Origin: Azolla caroliniana
Taxonomy: Eukaryota > Plantae > Polypodiophyta
Reading direction: 5' to 3'
NCBI GenBank assembly: GCA_043228905.1
Contig: JBHGNT010000001.1
Span: 12,028,001 to 12,092,000 of the forward strand
DNA length: 64,000 nt
The notes under the pieces are model-generated. The model made no database searches, had not been told where the DNA came from, and saw nothing but the letters and a program-made list of their open reading frames with translations. Made by a program: the position numbers and the translations under genes. This document shows positions 12,265-21,800 of this stretch, piece by piece. The number at the start of each line of letters is the position of its first letter. Position 1 is the stretch's first letter.

Positions 12265-12325
12265 AGAATGTTCTAGAATGTTCTAGACCTAGAATGCTCT
12301 AGGACATTCTAGAACATTCTAGAAT
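12265..12325. promoter_or_regulatory. Heat-shock-element (nGAAn) array in U3 (second copy at 17593-17653)
   Basis: AGAATGTTCTAGAATGTTCT and CATTCTAGAACATTCTAGAAT each give four contiguous alternating nGAAn/nTTCn units, just upstream of the minus-strand TATA at 12231-12238. Confidence 0.75.
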
Positions 12326-12394
12326 AATCTAGAGTTTTTACAATAATCAATGTAATACAAGAAGTAGTGTTTATTTTTTCATATAACAATAAGC

Positions 12395-12460
12395 TATCTT
12401 AATGGTTGAGGTTTTCAAGTATGGATTACAAGGTTCGAGGTTCAAGTCTGGGTGACGCCA
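12395..12460 (+). promoter_or_regulatory. tRNA-like Pol III A-box/B-box module inside the LTR (second copy at 17723-17788)
   Basis: TATCTTAATGG at 12395 and GGTTCAAGTC(T/C) at 12439. The 44-nt offset is as in tRNA genes. Confidence 0.55.
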
Positions 12461-12529
12461 TAATGGTCATGTGTTCATGACACTATCCCTCCTTCGAGAA
12501 CGCCGAGTGGAAGTCGACGTTAACATTGT

Positions 12530-15500
12530 TGGGCCAGGCTTGTTTGGATAGTGACGATGGGAGTCATTGACCAGAGCTTCGGCATTACAAACGTTATCGA
12601 TGGGTTCCCAAGTGCAATCACTCAGAGATAGCCAAGCCAATCAAATAGATAATAAAGCTTATTGCGCACAATCTTAGAATCGAGAATAGCAGCTACCTCG
12701 TATTCGGGGCCGTCCACAAGTTGTACAGAAGGCGGTGGTGGCACGACACGATTAGGAATTTTAAAGAGGTGCGGCAAGGTTCCAAAAGAGAGCTATGAAA
12801 GACAGGGTGAAGCCGCATATGTGCAGGAAGGTTAAGACGAAATGTTGCATCATTAATCTGCGCTGTGATGACAAAAGGACCTAAGCGTTGATAGTCAAGC
12901 TTAGCACACGGTCGGGTAGTCTTGATGTGACGACGAAGCAACCATACACGGTCACCAACCTTAAACGGAGACTTTAGGCGATGTCGATCGGCATTGGTCT
13001 TATGGTGTGCTTGCGCTTTCTGAAGATGTGACGATAAGTCGAACTGGATTTGTTGTAGTCGGTGGAGGTGATGCGCCGCACTAGGGTTTCGTGACACCTC
13101 GGGAAGATCCAGTATACACCATCGAGGGTGGTTGCCGGTGTAGGCAAAGAAAGGTGTAACTTTGGTAGAAGAGTGGACCGTGTTGTTGTATGCAAACTCG
13201 GCAAGATGTAAAATATTACTCCAATCATCTTGTTGATAACTAATGAAACATCAAAGATATTGCTCGAGCGTTTGATTTGTGCGCTCTGTTTGTCCGTCAG
13301 TTTGTGGATGATAAGCCGAAGAGAGTTTGCAAGAGATTTTGAGGCCTGTCCATAGGTGCTTCCAAAAGTGTGAGATAAATTGAGGACCTCGATCGTTAAT
13401 CATATCATTCGGGAGACCATGATGGCGAAACACTTCACGCATAATGAGATCTGCAGTTTCTTCACTATTGATGGTCTTTACACATGGTACAAAATGTGCC
13501 ATCTTGGTGAACCGATCCACTACTGTTAAAATGGTATCAAAGCCTTTGGAAGGTGGCAGATCCGTAATGAAATCCATAGAAATAGATTGCCATGGCTTGT
13601 TGGGAGGGGGTAATGGTTGTAGTAAGCCATAAGGGTGATGCCGGGGTATTTTGGCACGACAGCAGGTGTCACAAGTGCGAACATAATCTTCGACAAATTT
13701 TTGCAAGTGAGGCCACCAAAACGAACGTTTCACCAGCTCAATGGTCTTGGATATACCAAAATGTCCAACCATGGGGGCATCATGACAATGTTCCAACACT
13801 TGAAGTCGAGGTGATCCGTCGGGGACGTAAAGGAGATTCTTGTAGAAGAGTAAGCCATCTTGCCACTTGAAGTCCTGATAATGTTGAGATGACCCTGGCA
13901 ATGTGGAGCAAGATGGACGACTTGAACCACAGTGGGCTAAGACATCCTTAGCAAAATCATCCGAATGAAGTTGTTGTCGAATAGTGTCAAGAAGGGTAGA
14001 ATCAAGTGGCGTGGCATAAATTGTTGTTACCTGTAGCTTTGATGGCCCGAGGAGAGTTTGCTTTTGATTGTCAAAGGCCAGATCTCCAGGTCGAAGTGCT
14101 AGATACGAACGCCGAGACAAAGCATCCGCTTTCCCTTGTTGTTTTCCGGGGCGAAAAATGATCTTGAAATTGAAACGCGTTAGAAATTGGGCCCACCGAG
14201 CTTGTCGTCTATTTAATACTAGAGATGTTTGAAAATATGTGAGATTTTTGTGATCACTATAAATGATAATCTGATGAGGTGATCCTTCTAGAAAATGACG
14301 CCATTGCTCGAATGAGTCGACCACAACTAGTAACTCCTTGTCATGCACCTCATAGTTTATCTCTGAAACAGTAAATTTTCTCGAGTGAAACGCGAGTGGA
14401 TGTGTCTGCTCGTCCTCGCCTGGTTGTGATAGGATACTCCCCAATGCAAAATCTGATGCATCCGCCTCAATAGTAAATGGCTTTTCAGGATCAATATGTG
14501 CTAGGATGGGTGTTGATGTGAATGCCTCTTTCAGCTGCGTAAAAGCCTTGTCCTCTTCGATACTCCAAAAAAATGCTTGATTTTTCTTGCTGAGTTGAGT
14601 AAGGGGCAACACAATGCTTGAATAATTATGTATGAATTTGCGATAGAAGTTCACAAATCTAAGGAAACACTGGAGATCCCGAACTGAGCATGGGGGTTTC
14701 CATTCCAATATTGTTTGGACTTTTTCCGGTCCATGAAAACACCCTGGGATGAAATAATGTATCCCAAAAATTTGACTTGTTTGCAATCAAAATTGCATTT
14801 CTCAAGTTTGGCATAAAGACCATACTTCCTTAGGCGTTCAAGTACTTGCCGCACATGTATATCATGCTCCCCCTGTGTTTTAGAGTAAATCAATAGATCA
14901 TCTACATAGATGATTAGAAAAATATCCAAGAAATCCCGGAAGATGTCATTTGCCATATGTTGGAATACTATAGGTGCATTTGTGAGCCCGAAAGGCATGA
15001 CTGTATACTCGAAATGACCATACCGAGTACAAAATGTTGTTTTCCACTCATCTCCCGACCGAATTCGAACAAGATTATATGCACCCCTTAGATCAATTTT
15101 GGTAAAATGCTTTGCCCCACCAATGTGTTCTAAGAGATTGGAGATTAAAGGTAAAGCATACCTATTTCTTATGGTGACTTTATTTAAGCCTCGATAGTGC
15201 ACGACCAAACGAAGGGAGCCGTCATTTTTCTTCACAAAAAAAGATAGGAGCACCACCTGGAGACTTTGAATGTCGAATAAACCCATGTGCAAGATTTTCC
15301 TCGATGTATTCTTGAAGAACCTCAAGCTCAGTGGGTGATAAATTGTAAATCGGATCCCACGGTGGCTCTTTTCCTGGTTGGAGATCAATAGGACAGTCGT
15401 ACGACCGATGCTTTGGAAGAACACTAGCTTTGACTTTGTCGAAAACATCAGCATAGTCTTGATATTTTTTGGGAATTTGGATGTTTGAATTCCCTTGAGT

Positions 15501-16130
15501 GACACGAGAAGGTGTCACTGATACTGCAAATAAGAAAAGGTCCTCCTTGCCTCCCACTTGGCGCAATTGTTGCAATGTGATGGCTGAAATTTGATGAGAA
15601 GGATATGGTGCATCGGTAGAACTATATACTTTAGGAGGATAATCCCGAGTTCGATCCTTGACAATGATATTTTCTACTAAAGGGCACCTAATTTCTCGCT
15701 TCCTCCAATCGATTCTAGGGTTGTGTAGCTTGAACCATGGCAAACTAAGGACAATTGGATGCTCAGGACTACGGATTATGTTAAAGGAAACTACACATCC
15801 TAAATCACCCAAGAGTATGTGTATTGGCTCAGACTCTTCAAATATCTTCCCGGAAGCTATGGGGCGTCCATCAATCACTACTACGGAAACTGGACAAGGA
15901 TGTGTATGCAAGGATATTTGGTGTTTTTGGGCAAAATCTCTATCCATGAAACAAGAATTGGCTCCAGTATCTAAGAGGACTTGGACTTGAAGTTGACAAC
16001 TGGGTGTCCTAACTTGTACTAGGGATGAGAAGACTCTACTAACATGCTTGGAAGAAATAGAACCCACACTAGGTTGTACATATCTAGGGTTGTCCAACCA
16101 AATGGCTCCTATTTTGGCTGAACTTATTCG
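12530..16130 (-). pseudogene. pol: pol of element E (PR-RT-RH-INT-chromodomain), few frameshifts
   Basis: LLDTGANSCF; YVDD; EADAS; HDAPMVGH..CDTC; SMDF; RLGPF. A group-I-like chromodomain (EYEVAAILDS...DWLGY...TWEP) lies at about 12560-12710. Confidence 0.93.
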
Positions 16131-17287
16131 TTTGACTCCTCTTCTAATTGGCTTAGGACTTCAAATTTATTGGACAAGGGTGGATTATTCATAATATTAG
16201 ATTCACTAACTACTTCTAAAATGTTGGACTCATTTTTATTGTCATAGTGAATTTGATTTACTTGACGTCTCGGCCTACGGGAGCAATGAATGGCTATATG
16301 TCCTGGACCTCTGCAATATAAGCACAGATGGTTTGCTCGACGATGTTGCTTCTCTTCGTCTGACAACGGTCCTCATCGTTGAGTCATATCAATCTCCATG
16401 GGTGCAGGACTATCCATTGGGACTGGACTACGTGTTTGCCTTAGAGTTGGACCAGGGCTATACATTTGCCTTGGGGATGATTGTGTCGTTACTGATGCAT
16501 AAGTTGGTGTGAATCTTGATCTTGTTATTTGTTGTTGTCGCTCACATCGACGCTCAAAAAGGCGATTATCACACCGTATTGCTCGACTAATAGCTTCTGT
16601 AAGTGACCTTGGATCCTCGGGGAAGGTAAGAAGTAAGTCTTTGACATCACTACGGAAGCTTGAACGGAATTGCTTCATTAGGGCTTGTTCATCCCAAGGA
16701 ATATCGCTTGCGATGAGACGGAAATTGGCAGCATATGTCGAAGCTGGTTGATCACGTTGACGAAGTGTACAAATCTTGTTGATAGCTGTTCTTGCCCCAT
16801 CAGTATCTCCGAAACAAGCCTTAAATTCCTTGATAAATTCCTCGAAATTATTCAGTAGAGGAGAATTGGTCTCTAGCAATGGAGCAAACCACCACAACGC
16901 TATGCTAGTCAATAAGGTGCCCACTAGCCCGACTCGTGATGCATATGTTGGATAACGCGCGGGATGCATTTGAATTACCAACCATACTTGATTCAAAAAA
17001 CCTCAGAAATGCGCCCTTGACCCATCAAATTTAGCTGGGAGCCTAATTTTGGGTTCCTTGATAAGTCCCTAACCTTCAACCCTTTGTTGTTGTAACACTA
17101 TGATTGTTGACTCTAACTGTTGCACTCGTTGCGTGAACTCCTCTTGTTGTTGTTGCTTCTCTATAGTAACCTTTTGTAGATCCCCAAGTAGACGTTGATT
17201 CTCTACTTCAAGAGATGCGAACTTGGATTTAAGGTTCTCCATTTCTGCAACAAGGGTGAGATATTCTTCTGAGTTAATGGCATCCAT
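16124..17287 (-). pseudogene. gag: gag of element E (Tcn1/PEG10-type, N-terminal coiled coil, CCHC)
   Basis: ORFs 17069..17287, 16373..16996 (RVGLVGTLL..WFAPLLE..FGD..PMEID) and 16124..16366 (CLYCRGPGHIAIHC). Confidence 0.9.
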
Positions 17288-17320
17288 GGTTTCAAGATGG
17301 TTACAAAGGAGGATAAGAGA

Positions 17321-17355
<35 letters not shown>

Positions 17356-17360
<5 letters not shown>

Positions 17361-17367
17361 GAATCAA
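17356..17367 (-). promoter_or_regulatory. Self-priming PBS
   Basis: Minus-strand TTGATTCGAATT, 2 nt after the 5' LTR, is perfectly complementary to minus-strand AATTCGAATCAA at 17534-17523 in the LTR. Confidence 0.8.
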
Positions 17368-17369
17368 AC

Positions 17370-17810
17370 TGTCAGAACCAAGGATAAAAGATAGAGTGAT
17401 GGAAGAAGGATATTAGCGAACACAAGAAGAAAGGAACCAAATACTAAGAGAAGAATGGATGTATAAGATAGAGAAAGAAAGAGAATGGATACAAGAAATG
17501 TAATGAGAGCTAAAGACTGGTGTTGATTCGAATTGATTTGAGAATACATGTATGCCCTTATTTATAGGTTCCTATAGAATAGCTTAGAGATTAGAATGGT
17601 CTAGAATGTTCTAGACCTAGAATGCTCTAGGACATTCTAGAACATTCTAGAATAATCTAGAGTTTTTACAATAATCAATGTAATACAAGAAGTAGCGTTT
17701 ATTGTTTCATATAACAATAAGCTATCTTAATGGTTGAGGTTTTCAAGTATGGATTATAAGGTTCGAGGTTCAAGTCCGGGTGACGCCATAATGGTCATGG
17801 GTTCATGACA
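17370..17810 (-). repeat. 5' LTR of element E
   Basis: Direct repeat of 12042-12482, with minus-strand TATAAATA at 17566-17559. Confidence 0.95.
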
Positions 17811-18868
17811 GCAAGTACGTGTAGGGTCTTAGGGGGGACCGCGGGGGTCTTGGACTAGGGAGACAGATGGTGGAGTCCTTAAACTTTGTAGGCTTCGATC
17901 TGGAACCGGCTTCTGGCTCTAACGAATGTAGGGTTTCACAAAAATATGGTTCACCGCGAATATGGACCCGACTCAAATATGTTACAAGGAAGATAGATAT
18001 ATGTAAAAGAATATATTGTGCGGAAGCAATAGAAAACCGAAAACAGAAACACACGTTTAATGGAGAGCTTAGAATATACACAGTATGCAGGAGAGATAGA
18101 GATAGAGCACACTGAAAATCTATTAAAAAATAATACTCAATCTGTACATCGTATGTGTCCAGTGAACACTTTTATACAAGTCCATACGGACTGACAGAAG
18201 TGTGGTGTACTTCAATGCTTACTCGAGCACCTGACACTAACTACGAGACTATTAACTACCTAGTAGTTTAGGTTACTACTAGTCTTCCGGTTACTGTTTC
18301 GTCTAGCTAACCGGCTCCCCAGCTCATCGGCTCCTTTGCTCGCCGGCTTGCTCATCCATCTCACCGATCTGGCTTCATCCTTCCGGACGTCGATCCGGCT
18401 TAGGCTTATTCAGCCAATCCGGATCCGGTTGAGCTTGCCGCTCAACACTCCCTCTCAAGCTCAACTTGAGGTCGGATCGTGGTGTCAGTCTCTGTGGCCG
18501 CCGGTCCTTCCACTCGGCTCCTTTTGGCATCGCTCTGCCTCACTCGCGCTCCTCGTCTGGTCCAGTCCTGTTTGCCTTGACCCCTCTGGTTCTGCGCGCC
18601 TCGACCTCCTCGGTTGGCTTGTCTGCTCAATGGGCCCAATTCAGCTCCCTCGCTGCTCTGACTTCGACGCGTGCCAGTTCGCCGATTCCTTCGTGTTGGC
18701 GTTGACTTTTGCTGCGTTATCGTCCTCCTGGCCTTTGAATTGATCCGGTTTTTCCGAATCCATCTGTTGAACCGAATCGACGGTCTCCGATTCATTGCCA
18801 CTGTTGTCCGAATCGGTCGCTCCCGATTCGTCTTCCGGTTCCAGGCCCTTCACCGTATCGGACCATGT

Positions 18869-21800
18869 CTAGTTCTTGGCCTTCTTGTTCCGGTCGGCTC
18901 TGTCCTCCTTGACTCTGCTGCCGCTACCACTTGTTTCGACTTGTTCGGATATGTCAACATCCTTTCTCCACTCGGCTCCTTTCTTCTTCTTGTCTCTCCC
19001 TCTATCCATTCTCCCCTCACCGGCGCAATCAGCAGTCTCTTTGCCTTTGCCTGTTCCGGTGTCTTTTCCCGTTCTCCCCCTCAAGTGTGGCACGTCGAGA
19101 TGCTGAAGACCAAGCATTTTGGTGAACTGTTGCAACTTGTCCAATCCGAGCGGTTTGGTGAAGATGTCGGCAACTTGCCGATCCGTATGAACATACCGAA
19201 GTTCGACTTCACCGCTCAGGACACGCTCACGCACGAAATGGTAGTGCACTTCTATGTGCTTTGTGCGAGCATGAAATACGGGGTTCTTGGCGAGCTTCAT
19301 GTGCTTATGTTGTCACAGTAGATCAGGATCGGGGTCGGCACCTCGATTTGCAAGTCTTGCCGAAGTCGTCGAAGCGGAATGGCTTCACAGGTGGCCACTG
19401 TCGCCCCGGTAATCAGCATCAGTGCTCGAAAGGGCCACTGTTGCCTGCTTTTTGCTGCTCCACGCAACAACCGCGCTACCAAGGGAAAACATATAGCCGG
19501 AGGTGGATCGGCAATCCGATGCATCGTCGGCCCAGTCAGCATCGGTGTAGCCGACTAGCTCTTCGGTTATACCATGCTAGTATAACAGTCCCCGATCCTT
19601 CGTGCCGCTCACATACTGGAGTATCCGGTGTGCGCACTGAAGGTTCTCGACGGTCGGCTTCTACATGAATTGGCTGATCACTCCGATTGGGTAACTGAGG
19701 TCTGGTCGAGTGATTGTGAAATATATAAGGCTTCCGACGATTTGTCGGAACCGCTTCTCATTGCAGGCCGGTCCGGAGTTGGGATGAAGCTTCTGGTTCC
19801 AGTCCAGGGGTGTGGAGATCGGTTGGCATTCCATCATGTCGAACTTGTACAGCATATTCAACACATAGTGTCTTTGTGAGAGCAATACGCCATCGGGGTT
19901 TCAGATCACCTCGGTCCCAAGGAAATAGTGAAGGTCCCCCAAGTCCTTCATCTCAAATGCGTCCGACAACTGGGACTTGACTCGGCTGATTTCATCGAGC
20001 CCGAGTCCGGTGATGACTAGATCATCAACATACAACAAGATGCAAACCGGACCGTCCGAACCTTGCCGGATGAACAACGAAGAATCGGACTTGGAGGCCG
20101 CAAACCCCATCTTACGCAACCGGTGCGTGATCTTCGCATTCCAAGCTCGGGGGGCTTGCTTCAGGCCATAGAGTAACTTCTTCAGACGGCATACCGCTGA
20201 CTTGTTCATCTCCGACTGGAAACTGGGAGGTTGGGTCATAATGACCTCTTCTTCAAGATCGCCTTGAAGAAATGCATTCTTCACGTCCATCTGGTGAAGA
20301 TGCCACTCCCTTGCTGCAACAACCGCCAGCACCACATGAACCGTCGTCATCTTCTCTACTGAAACGAAGGTCTAGTCGATTCCGTGGGTCTGCGCGTATC
20401 CCTTCACCACTAACCAGGCCTTGTACCGGTTAACCGAACCGTCGGCATTGTACTTTACCTTGTACACCCACTTACATCCGATAGGTTTACAATGTCGGGG
20501 AGCGTCGAATAGGTCTCATGTATCGTTGGCATCAAGTGCCCGCATTACTTCCTCCATAGCGGCACGCCAATTTGCGTCCTTTGCCGCTTCTGTGTAGCTC
20601 TTCAGCTCACGCACTTCCACCACCTTGGTCATGTACGCATAGTGATGCGCCATGTACTCATTGTACCCGTACCGTTTTACGGGGTTCTTCTGACGGGACG
20701 ACTTGCGTAACTTATCGTTACCCGGTTTGAGGCCCTTCTTGGCCGGTGCGGTCTTTGTTGCCGAAGATCCGCCTTCATCCTTTCCGGAGTCCGATTCGCC
20801 CCAATCCGACTCAACATTGTCGTAGTGTATTTCGTACACTACATGAAAAACTTATAAAGTAACGTTTTAGTAAATATGAAGAAATAGAAGAAAATGTCAA
20901 AATAAATCATACATGCATAGGGCAAGATTCGAACCTTGCACCTCCATGTTAATAATGTAATGTCTTACCCTAGACCCTAACATTTCATTAGTGTTAAAAA
21001 GTAAATGTTCCACATAGAAAGGTTAGTTCACCTAGGATAAACTTTAGTTAAAAGAAAACACATGCTAAAAGAAAAAGCTACGCATGCACATCTAGCGTGC
21101 ATGAACGCTATAGTTGATAAAAAATGCACAAGTTAGAAAAAAGCATGATCGCTTTAGATAAAGCATATAGTCTATCTATAGGAAAAGCATGGAGTCTATA
21201 GTTAGAGAAAAAAAAGCATGGATTCCTAAGATTCCCTCATCACTACATAAGGATGGGGAGCACAATGTAATAGAGGGGTGAAATACTTGGAAATTGGATA
21301 TATTTCCGAAAACACCAACCAATTAATATAATCGTGGGATTCACAAAAATAATATAATCTATACTTGTGGGATTCAAAAGTTTCTTATATATTTCTTTCA
21401 ATCTAAATACCTATTCTTATCGAAATACTGATTAATAAAATATATTATACTTGTGGGATTCGCAAGTTTATAATAATCTATTCATAATTAAAATCGTCTC
21501 AAATTCTTCCTCTTCCTAGTCCAAAACCCCAGCGGTTCCCACCTGACTCACGCAAACAATCTGACGTCGAAAGGCACGACAACGTTGCCGGTTTCATATT
21601 CCGGCATCTTCTTCTTCCCCTTCTCTTTGCGCGTGAACCGTCTCCTTGGTTCCTTGCGCGGGGAGAGCACGGTAGAGTCTCCATTAATCGCCGGTTCGTC
21701 ATCCCGACTCAGCCGCTCATTCGGTCCACTTAACCGAAATGAGATCGGACTCTCTTCTAGAGTGCCGAGATCTTCATCTTCTATCTGGACCGGTTCAAGC

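Larger units (their letters stand above)
12042..12482 (-). repeat. 3' LTR of element E
   Basis: TGTCA...ATGACA, near-identical to 17370-17810. Confidence 0.95.
12042..17810 (-). mobile_element. Tcn1-like Ty3/gypsy chromovirus E (full length, mildly decayed)
   Basis: 441-bp LTRs at 12042-12482 and 17370-17810. TSD GCAAG. PPT GAAGGAGGGATAG at 12483-12495 (minus). No tRNA PBS. Confidence 0.93.

Noticed and set aside
12390-12460. Functional tRNA gene
   Set aside because: The acceptor, anticodon and T stems do not pair properly. Only the promoter boxes and their spacing are tRNA-like.
16080-16123. H-type pseudoknot (loop UAGG pairing with downstream CCUA) as the frameshift stimulator
   Set aside because: Complementarity exists in both copies, but only 1-3 nt link an 11-bp stem 1 to stem 2, which is probably too short. 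Reported as a stem-loop only.
20812-21587. hAT/MITE with an 8-bp TSD CAACATTG/CAACGTTG
   Set aside because: This reading leaves only a 4-bp TIR. TGTCGT...ACGACA termini with a 4-bp TSD match the other LTRs of the group.
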